NCBI RefSeq assembly: GCF_004010195.1
Contig: NC_057758.1
Location: 83,872-147,871 of the forward strand
Direction of reading: 5' to 3'
Source: Chiloscyllium plagiosum
Taxonomy: Eukaryota
DNA: 64,000 nucleotides
The notes below the pieces were generated by a model, which was not told the DNA's origin, did not search any database, and saw only the letters and a program-made list of their open reading frames with translations. The translations under genes and the position numbers were made by a program. Position 1 is the stretch's first letter, and each line of letters begins with the position of its first letter. Positions 23,606 through 36,115 of the stretch are shown piece after piece.

Positions 23606-25047
23606 GAGTTTTACCAAGTCAGAATGGTCTTTTTGAGGAATGGAGTGGGAATGGTACTTGGAGAGGAACTTGCAGGGGGTTCGTCTGCTTCCACTCGTCC
23701 TTCTAGAGTGTAAGAGGAGTCGCGGTTCGAAGCTGCTCACATTTGAAGGAGACTTGGTGTTTTGCATAGATGGTACACATGCTGCCACTGTGCATCTGGT
23801 GGTTGTTCAGAGTGAGTGTTGAAGGTTGGTGTCAGCGCATCAAGCGAGTGGAGGGAGATGGAGCCTGTGTTGTTCTGGTAGTGGAGATATTCTCAAATGT
23901 GTGCGAGATGTTCAAAGAAATGATCGGAACATTTCTCCTTCATATTCAGTGGTGAAACCCATATTGTTTTCCCGCTCTATCTATATCTGGGGGGTCTCAT
24001 TGACAGGGATACTAGCCATCACCCGATTGACGTTTAGTGGTGTTTCCACACTGAATTCCCACCAGCAAGCCAACCTCCCCTCCTTCCCACAAAACCCACA
24101 AAATCAACATTCTGAGGGTTACCATTGGGAGAGAATCCAAACATCACCACTTAATGTTGAATGGTAAATGTTTAGGTTGTGAGGGGAAAGATTTAAATAG
24201 GATGAAAGGGACAACTTTATCATGGACAGCGTGGTGCCTGTATGGAATGAACTGCCAGAGAAGTGGTGGAGGCTGGTACATGACATCTGTTGGATATATG
24301 AATAGGAGGGGTTAGAGGGATATGGACTTAGGGCAGGCAAGTGGGATCCATTCACACAAAAGATAAACAAGTAAACAAACACATTTAATGAAGTTGAACT
24401 ATGTTGACATCTCACTCTTCAGAAAGTAAATTTATTGAGTTTGTGGAAGAGCAGAACTTTTGGAGCTGATACATTATTCAATGAGGCAAAATAGTCATTA
24501 CAACCTCGTCTTTAGGAATTTCTACCAAGTCTGGAATCGTTCTGTATAATGGAGAGGAGAATGAGGTTGACGCACTGTCAGAGCATCAGTCTCAGTTTCT
24601 GTGCCTCACGTTGTCTCTCTCTGTCTCCATCTCTATTTGATTTTTTCTCTTTCCTTTCTTTGCGATCTTCCCATCACTCCTTTTCTCTCTCTCGCTCACT
24701 CTGCCTCAATAGCACTGTCTTGCTTCTCTCCCTCACTCTCTCTCTCTGTCTGCCACTCTCATTCTGCTTTTCTATCTCTGTCTCTCTCCATGACTCTATT
24801 TCCGTCTCTCTTCCAATCTGCCTGGTTCTCTCCCATTCTTTCTTCCGGTTTCTGTCTTCCTCTAAACCCTTGCTCTCTCTTCCGCTCTCTATATCTATCT
24901 CCCATATCACCCTCTGTTTGTCTTTCTCTGCATGCCTCTCTGTCTCTCTTTGATCGAGGAACTGACCATAATGAGTGTCGATTATTAATCCGGGAAATGT
25001 CTATTGACTGTTCAGAATTATACGGAAAAATTGCCTTCTGATTTTTT

Positions 25048-25967
25048 TTAAATCTTCAGGTTTATTAATCGATAAATGATTTCACGGAGCATACATATGG
25101 GATATCTCAAGGCAATGATAAACTGTTTTCTGAACCTAGTCTGAGTCCCAGCATAAATGCCAGTGTTCGTGCAGCAACTCATCAACTGCAGTATGAAGCT
25201 TAATTCTATCACAAAACTGTGTAGGTACAACGTCTGGTAGCCCAACCAGTACATGCGGATCCATATAGAATAGAACATTAATAATGACCACAATAGCATG
25301 AAATTGGCTGAGATAAACAGCAATAAAATGATGGATTTTTTTCGGCTCTCCATCTCTGGGTCTCTGGGACTCTCCCCACTGCTGGGTACCTGGAGTCTCG
25401 CGCGGCCTCTGCTGGTCACGATAATATGCCTGACGGTGAGAACATTGCACAACAGGATTAGGATAAATGGTACACCGGGGGTGAAAATGTTGTAGACGAA
25501 CTCCATTGCTACCCAGATTGGTGAATTGATAGCGTAACGTCTAATCAGACAAAACCAGGGTTGGTTCACCAACACATACCACTCCGTCAACATGAAATAC
25601 CAGAACACGTTCTTCAAACAGCTCAGCACAGTCACTGTCCCGAGAACCATAGCTGCCGTTCTCTCATTGCAGTATTTAGTTTTCAGCTTCTGGCAACAAA
25701 TGGCCACAAATCGGTCAAAGGTGAAAGTGACTGTGAACCAGACTGAACAGTCAGTGGCTCCATAGAGCAGGACAGCATGTATATTACACAAGGGGATGGA
25801 CTCCAAGAAACGAAAGTGTTTAGTAAATGTAATTGGAATGTGCCTCAATATGAGATCGAGAATAGTAACCAGTAGGTCACTAACTGCCATGGCGACCAGG
25901 TAGCGGGTGGTGCATTTCGAGAGACCACAATTGCCCTGACACAGGATCACTATCGTCACAAGGTTAG
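25048..25967 (-). CDS. GPR139/GPR142-like orphan class A GPCR, copy 2, exon 2 (end of TM1 to C-terminus), reading frame intact
   Basis: Open 920-nt exon after the acceptor TTCCTTCCATGCAG: ANLVTIVIL...YLVAMAVSDLLV (TM2), TFDRFVAIC (DRY-like), TPGVPFILILLCN (TM5), KKSIILLLFISANF (TM6), SCCTNTGIY (TM7). Stop codon at 25050-25048. Confidence 0.9.
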
Positions 25968-26330
25968 CTGCATGGAAGGAAAACACAGAGGTACATCAGA
26001 AGTCCATTTGGACACGAGGCACTATTTAACTCACCATCAATTCACGGTCTTAAATGTACCAATTTGCCAATGTTATTATATTCAAATAATCGCACACATG
26101 AGTAATTATGCACTGGAGATTGGAATGGTCTCGACGCATCAACAGAAGACCAAAAAATCGGCAAATGTGTGACAGTTCAAAATGAGCATAGAATTCCAGT
26201 AAAAGTAAGGTGACAATAACAATATAGAAAATTGAATACCAACTAATTTCAGCAATTTCATGTTGAAAATGAATGGTAAGAAAAGCTGGCAACTGATAGG
26301 TCGATAGATTATTAAACAAGTGTGGATATA

Positions 26331-29020
26331 GAACAAAAACAAAGAAAATTTACTGCCCAGGAACAGACCCTTCGACCCTCCAAGCCTGAGCCGATCTAAA
26401 CCAGTCGCCCAATTCCTAAGCATCTGCATCCCTTTGCTTCTCACCTACCCATGCATCTGTCCAGACGCATCTTAAATGAATCTACTGTGCCTGCTTCTAC
26501 TACCTGTGCTGGCCAGGTGTTTCAGGCGCGTTCCACCCTCTGTTTGAAATACTTGCCGCGTGAATGCCCCTTAAACTTTTCACCTCTCACCTTGAAAGTG
26601 TGATCTGTTGTTATTGAATCCTTCACCCTGAGAGGAAAATCTTATCTCTATCTACCCTGTCCATGACCTTCATGATTATGTAGACCTCAATCAGTTCCCC
26701 CCTCAATCTCCTTTTTTTCCAGTGAAAACAAATCTAACCTACTCAACCTCACTTCATAGCTAGCACCTTCCATAGAGCAAAACATCCTCGTGAACCTTCT
26801 CTGCACCCTTTTCAAAGGATCCAAATCCTTTTGGTATGGTGGCATTCTAAATGTGGCCAAAACAATGTCTTGTACAATTTTAAAATGACCTGCCCGCTAT
26901 TATACTTAATCACCCGTCCGATGAAGGCAAGAATACCATATATCTTCTTGACCACTGTATCCACCTGTGCAGCAACCTTCAAGGGTACAATGGACCAGAA
27001 ATCCCAGATCTCTCTGCTCATCAACTTTTCCCAAGGCTCTTCCATTACTGTGCAATTCGCTCCAGAATTAGACTTCCCAAAACGCATCACCTCACATTTG
27101 CCTGGATTCAACTCCATCTGCCACTTCTCCACCCAACTTTCCAACCTATCTATATTCTCCTGTATTCTTTGACTGTTCCCTATGCTTTCTGCTACTCCAC
27201 CAATCTCCGCGTCATCTGCAATCTTGCTGATCATACCAACAGTGCCCTCTTCCAGATCATTTATGCATATCACAAACAAGATCACTGTGGCACACCATTG
27301 GCCAACTTTCTCCATTTCGACAAGCTCCCTTCAACTACTACTCTCTTTCCTGTTGCTCAATCTGTTCATTATCTACCGAGCTAGGACACTCTGTATACCA
27401 CCTGACTTCACTTTCTCCATTACTTTGCCATAGAGAACTTCATCAAACGCCTTACTAAAGTCCATGTATGTGACATCCACAGCCCTTCCTTCGTTTGTCA
27501 ATATAATCATTTCCTCAAATAACTCTATTATGTTGGTAATGCATGACCTCCCCCGCACAAAACCATGTTACCTATCACTGATAAGCCCATTCCTTTCCGA
27601 ATATATCTAGGTTTTATCCATCAGTGCCTTCTCAAGCAAACTTTCCCAACACTGTTATCAAGCTCACTGGTCTGTCATTAGCCGGAATATCCCTACTATG
27701 CATCTTGTACAGGTGGAAAGCACAGCAACCCTCCAATAGGCTGGCACCTCGCCTGTGCTTCAGGATGCTACCAAGATATCTGTCAGGGTCCCAGCTTTTT
27801 TTTCTCTCCAATCCTCAGCAACCTGGGATAGATCCCATCTGTTCCTGCGTAATTGTACTCATAAGTAACTTCTAACCTATCCAACACATATTCCATACGA
27901 ATGTCAACATGATCCAGAGTAACAAACTTCTGTCTCTAATGTCAACATTCATCATGACCCTCTTCTCGGTGAACATTGATGCAAAGTAACCAATCAGAAT
28001 CTCAGCAATTCTCTCAGGTTCAACATACAGCCTTCCTTCATTATCCTTTAGTGGACCAACCCTTTCTCTAGTTACCCACTTCCTTCTTATATAAGAATGA
28101 AATGCTTTGGGATTCTCCTTAATTCTGCTCGATAAAGCTATTTTGTGACCCCTTTTAGCCCGCTTGATTCCTCGTTTAAGACTGGCCCTACTCTCCCGAT
28201 ATTCCTCCAGGGCCCATTTTGTTCTTAGCTGCCTGGACTTTATGTACGCATCCCTTTCCCTCTTGGCTAGGGGAACGATTTCTCCTGTCATCCACGGTTC
28301 TTGAATCTTGCCATTCCTAACTTTTGCTTTCTACGGGACGTGCCTAACCTGCACTATCTTTAACCTATCTTTGAAAGCCTCCTACAAATGAAATGTGGAC
28401 TTCCCTTCAAATACCTGTGTCTAATCCACATTTCCCAACTCCTGCCTAATTTTGATATAATTGGCCTTCACCCAATTTAGTATTCTTCCATCGGGGCCAC
28501 TCTCATCTTTGTCTATGAGTATTCTAAAACTGACAGAATTGTGCTCACCATTCCCAAAGAAATCGCCCACTGCAACTTCTCCCACCTGGCCTGGCTCATT
28601 CATTAAACACCAGGTCCAATATGGTCACTTCCCTCATCAGACGATTGACATATTGCCCCAGAAAACTCGCCTGGACACTTCTTACAAATTCTGCACCAAA
28701 ACTCTGACACTATGCGTATCCCAGTCAATGCTATGAGCATTGAAATCTCCCATCACCACCACCCTGTTGCCTGTACATCTTTCCATAATCTGTTTACCTA
28801 TTTGTTCTTCTCCCTCATGCTCACTGTTGGGAGGCCTGTAATGCAGACCCAACAATGTAACTGTTCCCTTCTTTTTTCTCAGCTTCACCCATAGTGCCTC
28901 ACTACTCAAGCAGTCCATAATGTTCGCCTTTAGCACAGTCATGATATCATCCCTGACCAGCAATGAAACACCTCCCTCGTTTTACTTCCCTCCCTGTCCT
29001 TTCTGTAGCGTCTCAATCCT
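26331..29020 (-). mobile_element. About 2.7-kb 5'-truncated CR1-like LINE (endonuclease and RT remnants) inserted in the proximal first exon of GPCR copy 2
   Basis: APE motifs LGLHYRPPNS...[47 protein letters not shown]. The flanks rejoin into the exon seen uninterrupted at 46010-46198. Confidence 0.9.
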
Positions 29021-29224
29021 GGAAAATATCTGTTGTTGTGAGATTCCAATAAACTGGTCTTACGTTCCATCCGCTCCGCTGCCTACGCATCCGTAGCTTA
29101 CTTCCTCACTATTGTCAGAGGTGGCGTTCTCACGCACACTCAGAGATGACACTTTCAGAGAAGCTCCCCATAACATAATCAGGATCGATGGAGATCTACC
29201 ATCATTGACGATCACTTAGAATTA

Positions 29225-30050
29225 TGGAGTAATAGAACTCTACAACAGAAGCAGAACTTTCATTGCAATTGTCCATGCCGGGCATGTGTTCTAAATTAAT
29301 CTAGTCTCATTTGCCAGCATTTGGCCGAAATTCCCCTGAAACCTTCTTATTCTTGTCCCCATCCAGATGCCTTTTAAATGTTATACTATGGTCCATCACA
29401 TCCTCTGGCAGCAGATTCCTTTCACACACAACCTTCTGCGGGTAAAGGTTACCGACTCAGGTTCCTTTTAAACAATTCCCCTCATCCTAAATCTGCACCC
29501 TTTAGTTCTGCATTCCCCTAACCCAGTAAAATTACTTTGTCCTTTTACGCTGTCCATGCCCCTCAGAGTTTTACAATCCGCCATAAGATTACCCCTCTGC
29601 CTCCGACAATCCAGAGTAAACAGCTTCAGACTATTTAGCCTCTCCCGATAAGCCAAACCCTCCATTCCTGGCTACAACCTTGTAAATCTTTTCTGAACGC
29701 TTTCAAGTTTGACAACGTCATTCCTGCAGTGGGGAGAACAGAATTGCACACAATATTCCAAAAGTGCTCTAACCAATGTCCTGTACAGCCACAACATGAC
29801 CTCACAAATCCGATACTCGATGCTCTGACCAATAAACACAAGCATACCAAACCGTCTTCTTCAGTATCCAATCTACCTGCGGCTTTACTTTGAAGGAACT
29901 ATGAATCTGCACTTCAAGGTCTCTTTGATCGGTAACACTCCCCTGGACATCACCATTGAGTGTATAAATCCTGCCCTGATTTACATTTTCGAAATGCAAC
30001 ACCTCTAAATTAAACTGCATCCACCACTCCTCGGCCCATTAGACCATTAC
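29225..30050 (-). mobile_element. CR1-like LINE 3' fragment
   Basis: EGLAYRERLNSLKLFTLDCRRQRG and QRDLEVQIHSS. Confidence 0.85.
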
Positions 30051-30289
30051 AGCTCTGGTTAACTTCGCTGTCTCTCTCTCTCTCTCTCCAAAATATCATG
30101 CCCCTCAATTTAGTTGAAAACAGAGCCAGTCTCGACGGTTGTGGGAGAGGCACTGTGAGAACGGACAGAGAGAATTGTCTAAGAGCACCAGGCAACTATT
30201 CTGCTCGAGGTTGGTAGTTTGCAAACAGTGTTTTAAAGAATAGGATGGGTTTAGGGGACAGCATGTTCTGGTGACATTATCATGGAATC

Positions 30290-30531
30290 CCTACAGTGTG
30301 GAAACAGGCCATTTTGGCCCAACAAGTTCACACCAACACACCAATGAGTCTCCCAACCAGACCCAATCCCTTCCTTATTATTTTACATTCGTTCTGACAA
30401 ATGCACGTAAACTACACCGTCCTGAATACAATGGACAATTTATCATGACGAATTCACCTAACCTGAACATCTTTGGATTGTGGGACAAAACCGGAAAAGC
30501 TGGAGCAAACCCACGCGGACACGGAGAGAAT
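30290..30531 (-). mobile_element. HE1/V-SINE-type SINE, cut by a gap
   Basis: SINE body and tail sequence run into the N gap. Confidence 0.75.
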
Positions 30532-30712
30532 NNNNNNNNNNNNNNNNNNNNNNNNNNNNNNNNNNNNNNNNNNNNNNNNNNNNNNNNNNNNNNNNNNNNN
30601 NNNNNNNNNNNNNNNNNNNNNNNNNNNNNNNNNNNNNNNNNNNNNNNNNNNNNNNNNNNNNNNNNNNNNNNNNNNNNNNNNNNNNNNNNNNNNNNNNNNN
30701 NNNNNNNNNNNN
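30532..30712. other. Assembly gap (N) inside the predicted GPCR intron
   Basis: Run of N. Confidence 1.
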
Positions 30713-31147
30713 AGGAATTTCTCCTCTCCACGAGCAGTGAATTTATGGGCTTCTTCGCCACAGAGAGATGTTGTGGTTGGGTCATTCAGTATATTCAAGG
30801 CTGAGGAAGAGAGATTTATTAATCAGGCTGGAATTGGAGATATAGTCTCTGAAAGTGGAGTTGGGAATGATTGGATTAGCGGAAATCTCAGTGAACGCCA
30901 GAAGGGTTTCATTGGGTCGAATGGCTTCCTCCTGCTCCTCCGCATGAATTTATGAATGAACACACTCGCTGGGCAGTGGCAGGTATGGAGTTGTGCAGAT
31001 TCTGCTCGGCGATCAGAAAGACTGGGCTGCTGGACTCACTCATGTTCAGTCGATCGTTTGGATTATGCAGCAGAAATCACAACAGCACAGAGCTCTGTGG
31101 AGTCTGACACAGGGAAAGGTGTGTACAACACCAGCGCAGTTACTTAC

Positions 31148-31244
31148 CAGGCACAGCAACAGCAGCGAGGAGCGGGTAGTAAATCTGCTCGATACTGATG
31201 AGGAAATCATACACCTGATTCTCAGTTTCGACGCTTATTCCCAT
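31148..31244 (-). CDS. GPR139-like GPCR copy 2, exon 1 (N-terminus and first half of TM1), intact
   Basis: Manual translation: aaaATGG context, MGISVETENQVYDFLISIEQIYYPLLAAVAVP-G, followed by a perfect GTAAGT donor. The exon is 97 nt (phase 1) and joins in frame to exon 2 (G|CT = Ala), giving 1017 nt, or 338 aa plus stop. Confidence 0.85.
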
Positions 31245-32299
31245 TTTCTCTCCACAGTAGAAGCTACAATGTTCTCAGGTTCCAACCTCTCCTTGCTCTG
31301 CTCCCTGGACATTCCTTGTACCTGATGTACTATTCCCCTCGCAGTGCAGGATCCCACCACGAATGGTGCGCTTATTTGTCAGAGAAGGCGCCCCTTCAGG
31401 GACGAAATCAGTGCCCTCAGAGACCGGGATTAGTTCACTGAGAACAAACAGCTTAGGTTAACCCCTTCTCCTCCCAAAAGCCTCGCCATTGTTCTACGTT
31501 TCCGAAAGGAATATGGTTCTGTCTGCGGTCGGGAAAGGAGGACGGAAGAAAGGGAAAAAAAAGTGGATCGACTCTGTCTTATAAACACTGGGGATGTTAG
31601 TAAAGTTAGCAAAGCGCATTCATAGGCAAAATTGGGTACTGCAAACGTCCATTTTCCTGCTTCTTGGATACTGCCTGACCTGCTGTGCTTTTCCAGCACC
31701 ACTCTAATCTTGAAAGTGCATTTATAACTGAGCAGGAGCATGTTGCCTTAAAATGATTGATAGTTTCTTACTGAGTGGTACCACGTGTCCATAATCTGTA
31801 TAGAGGCTGCTTGATAATAGCCATCTGATTGGTTGCACTTCTGTTTTAGGTGGTATGTGTTCGGGAGAGGTAGGGAAGATGCTACCGAAAGAGTTTTGGC
31901 GAATCTTTGCAGTGTGTCTTATAGATGGCGCATATTTGTGCCACTGAGCTTGCGTGGTGTAAGGTGTGGGTGTTTGGGGATGTCATGCCAATAGAGTGGG
32001 CCTACTTTTTCCTGGATGGTGTCACATTTTTGGGGAGGGTCAAGGACAGACGATCCGAATCATGATTTTTGCCTTTCTGTTCGTAACGCAGCGAAGTACA
32101 ATCCCCCCCCACCGATCCTCAAAACTGACCCAACTATTTCCCGGCAAGGCTTTTGTGTTAGCAATCCCAGGAACCAATTTTCAATACCAGTTTTGGCGTT
32201 GCAGCAAAAGACTCAGAAATGCGTGAGCAATGCAATAACATTGGGGGAGGCGTCAACGAAATGTCTGAGGCAGTGTTTTTCATGCAAAGGGTGGTGAGT

Positions 32300-33281
32300 G
32301 CCTGGAACCCGATGCCAGAGGAATCCATGGAAGCAGGCGCAACGGCAGCGTTCAAGAAATAGCTGGATGAATACGTTAAAGGGAAGGGAAGAGAAGGAGA
32401 TGGTTCCTGCAAGTAAAACCAGTTTTAGTTTGGAATGGCAAAATGAGTCCACGCAGGCTTGATGGGCCGTAGGGTCTGCTCCTGTGCTGTAATCTTCTTC
32501 AGTCTTGGTCCTATTTGTCGAACAGAATGACACAACAAAGTAATCGATTGATGTCGATGATTTAAACCCAAGAACCTTTGTGTCCAGCACCATTCACCAA
32601 AAAGACGGGCAGACAAACACAGGTCAACCCCTCCCAGACTCTCACAATTACCAAATTAGTGTTGTTATATATTTTGGGGGTGGGGGCGCGCCCAGAGTTA
32701 GACGATTTCGGACTTGCCCCCATTTGGGGAGAGTTTACTGAGTTTGTGGAAAAGCAGAGGTTTTGGTGAATGGTAAGATTTCAATGAGGCGCCTGGAACC
32801 CGCTGCCAGAGGAATCCATGGAAGCAGGCGCAACGGCAGCGTTCAAGAAATAGCTGGATGAATACGTTAAAGGGAAGGGAAGAGAAGGAGATGGTTCCTG
32901 CAAGTAAAACCAGTTTTAGTTTGGAAGGGCAAAATGAGTCCACGCAGGCTTGGTGGGCCGTAGGGTCTGTTCCTGTGTGGAACTCTTCTTCATTCTTGGT
33001 CCGATTTGTTGAACAGAATGACACAACAAAGTAATCGATTGATGTCGATGATTTAAACCCAAGAACCTTTGTGTCCAGCACCATTCACCAAAAAGACGGG
33101 CAGACAAACACAGGTCAACCCCTCCCAGACTCTCACAATTACCAAATTAGTGTTGTTATTTATTTTGGGGGTGGGGGCGTGCCCAGAGTTAGATGATTTC
33201 GGACTTGCCCCCATTTAGGGAGAGTTTACTGAGTTTGTGGAAAAGCAGAGGTTTTGGTGAATGGTAAGATTTCAATGAGGC
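32300..33281. repeat. 491-bp near-identical tandem duplication
   Basis: GCCTGGAACCCG occurs at 32300 and 32791. ORFs 32213..32593 and 32698..33084 are paired. Confidence 0.92.
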
Positions 33282-33759
33282 AAGAGCAATATCAATCCTC
33301 TCCCAAACCCAGAATTGTTCCGTCCAATGGAGAGGGGAAATCAGGTAGGTTCACTGTCAGAGTCTCTGTCTCTATCTTTGTGCCCGACACCCAGCCCTCT
33401 CTCATTCTCTCTGTCTCGCCACAACCTGATTATCACTTGCACTCTTATTCTCTGTCTCTCGCTTCCTCCATCTCTGTCTGAGTCTCTCTCTCTCTCTCTT
33501 TTGGTCTCTCTCTCTCTCTTTGTATCTATCTATCTCGGCGCGTCCCCCATTCGGAATCTCTTGTTCTGTCATTTTGCATCTTCGTGCATATTCTTCTATC
33601 TCTCACTCTAACCCCCTCATATTGCCTCTCTTCCACTTTCTCTCTCTCTCTCGGTCTCTGTCTGTCTCTCGCCGTCTCTCTGTACCTCTCCCTACGTGTT
33701 TCTGTGTGTCAGTCTGACTTTCTCCCAGTCTCTCTTTTCGTCCCTTTATAATACCTGAT

Positions 33760-34880
33760 CATTGGACTAACCAGCTGTGCTGGGCTTAGCTCCTGCCTAA
33801 ACCGTTTCAGCCATGTTTACGTTTCCTTCTGGATATTTTAGGTGAGGTGCCCCTGTTAGTTTCAAATGCACCGTGTCAGTATTACTCAGCAGCCTCCTGT
33901 GGGGAACCTTGTCAATGTCCTTCTAGAAATCTGATGAGATCAGATCAACTGGCTCTCCCTTGTCAAAATTGCTCGTTAATTCCTCAAAGAAATCTAACAG
34001 AATTGTTAGGCATGATCTCCACTTGATGAAGCCGTGCAGACTTCACCCAATTTTACTGTGAACTTCCAAGTATTCTCTAACCTCATCTTGAAGGATGGAC
34101 TCTGAAATCTTTTCAATGGACATGGTCAGGGCAAGAAACCAATAAATTCATGTCTTTTGCGTCCTCCCAACTTCTTAAGCTCGGATTTGGTATTTGCCAT
34201 TTTCCTGTCACTCCCTGACTCCAGGGATTCCTGAACAATCATCACCAATTACTCAACAATCTCTCAGCTATCTCCTTCAGAACTCCGAGATGCAGTCCAT
34301 CTGATCAATGACATATGGCCACCTTCAGCCCTTTCAGCTTACCCGAGCACCTTCTCCTTCGAGAAACACCACAATCACCTCAGTCCCCGTTTCTCTGGAA
34401 ATTCTGCTAAGTTGCTACCCCTCTGAAGATTGGTGCAGAGTACTAAATCACATCCACCTGTATGTCCTTGTTCCCTATTACTATTTCTTCAGCCTCTCTT
34501 TGCAGCGTTCCAAATGTGAGTTTTTACTGTGTAGCGAAACACTCATGTAATCTTCTTTGATACTACTAGCTAGCTTTCTCTCATATTTCATCTTCTCTAC
34601 CTTATTTCATTTTTTATAGTAATACTGTGCTGATATTTAAAGGATTCCCTATCCCTTGGCCTCCCCCTAGTCTTCAACACACTGTATGCATTTTTTTCGT
34701 TTGTTTCTATGCTCTTCCAGATTTCCCTCGCCAACTACGGCTGCTTCACCCTTCCCTTTGTATGTTTCGTCTTCCGTGTGACGGTATTTTCTTGTCCCTC
34801 CCGAAATACCCCTAGAATTTCCTGCCATTGCTGCTTCACCATCTTCCAAATACCATTAGCCAGTACCTCCATCATGTTTT
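33760..34880 (-). mobile_element. Old, highly degenerate CR1-like LINE fragment
   Basis: Contains TGTGGGGAACCTTGTCAA (reverse complement of the DKVPH motif region) and general similarity to other RT fragments. No long ORF. Confidence 0.55.
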
Positions 34881-35614
34881 TGTAGTGAATGCCGGGTGAT
34901 TGAGAGTCTCAAAAAATCAGTGCAAATGGCCTGAGTGGAGAATGGACGGGCTGAGTAACAAGAGTCTGCAGATGACCAAGCGTGTCAGTGCGAGTCAATT
35001 GTCCACAGCTAAATAGTGAAGGGCCGACCTATCACCTTCAGGTCAGCGTCCTCCAAGGCGACCTTCGAGACGCGTGACAATGCAGACTCGCTGAGCAGGA
35101 ACGGATCGCCAAGCTCTGTCCCCATGAGGACGGCCTCAACCATGGTCTTGGGTTCATCTCGCTCTAAATATAAGTCCACTGCACTGTTCTGTGTAACACC
35201 TTCCTTCTCGTCCTGTTTTTGACGCCATGACATCGATAACTTGCTATTATCTCTCTTCCTTAATTAATGTGTGCTGTTCTTGATTGCTTGTTACTTTGTT
35301 CAGACTCTCAGCATGCGACTCTGATAGCTCCTCGTTATTGCAGACATTTGGTATGCCTCCAGCACCATTTTAATTAAAATAATTCTCTCTCCGCCTTAAT
35401 TAATTGAATCCTAGGTTCATAGATCATACTATTCGCACTTATATTTTGACACTATTAATTTGCTGAAATTATCTTGCCATGATCGATCTGTCCACTTGTA
35501 AGTTCCCTTACTATGCACTTCCTTCCACTTCAACTGACGAAGATGCAGCTCTCCAAAGGCTTGTAATTTCAAATAAGCCAGTTGGACTATAACTGGGTGT
35601 GGAGTGATTTCTGA

Positions 35615-36115
35615 CTTTAAACAGCTCAGCGCAGTCACTGTCCCCAGAACCACAGCTGCCAGTGCCTCAGTGCAATATTTCGTTTTCAGCTTCAGTCAAC
35701 AAATCAGTCTAAATTGTAAGAGACGGTGAATCAGACGGAGCGGTCAGGAGCACAATAGAGCAGGTCTTTCCCCTGGGATTGGAGAATAGGGTGAGCATGA
35801 CAGGGTAAAGGATTTAAAGGGACCTGAGGGACAATTGTTGCACGGATGGAATGAGATGCCAGAGGAATTGGTGGAGACTGGTACAGTTACAACATTTAAA
35901 AGACATCTGAATGGGGCATGAATAAGAAGGGTTGAGAGGAGCATATGCCAATTATTTTGTAAATGGGACTAGGTTATGTTGGTATGTCTGGTTGGCAAGA
36001 CCGAGTTATACCGAAGGGTCTGTTTCCATGCTGTACATCTCTATGGCTCTGTGACAGTGTGGACATTTCAAATGGGGATGGATACAGGAAGCGAAATGTC
36101 CTGAGCATTACCAAT
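35615..36115 (-). pseudogene. GPCR exon 2 relic (TM3-TM4 region), split by a LINE 3' fragment at about 35760-36050
   Basis: AAVVLGTVTALSCLKS and KLKTKYC-like sequence at 35617-35752. A weaker match to the ESIPLCNIH region lies at about 36052-36110. Confidence 0.7.

Noticed and set aside
24549..25041. Ser/Leu-rich membrane-like ORFs (also at 16424, 17445, 33315, 42857, 57685)
   Set aside because: Translations of CT/GA microsatellite tracts.
25968..25986. MFSFH starts given for ORFs 25048..25986, 45026..45787 and 50836..51222
   Set aside because: These residues translate the intron polypyrimidine tract and acceptor. TM1 is incomplete without an upstream exon.
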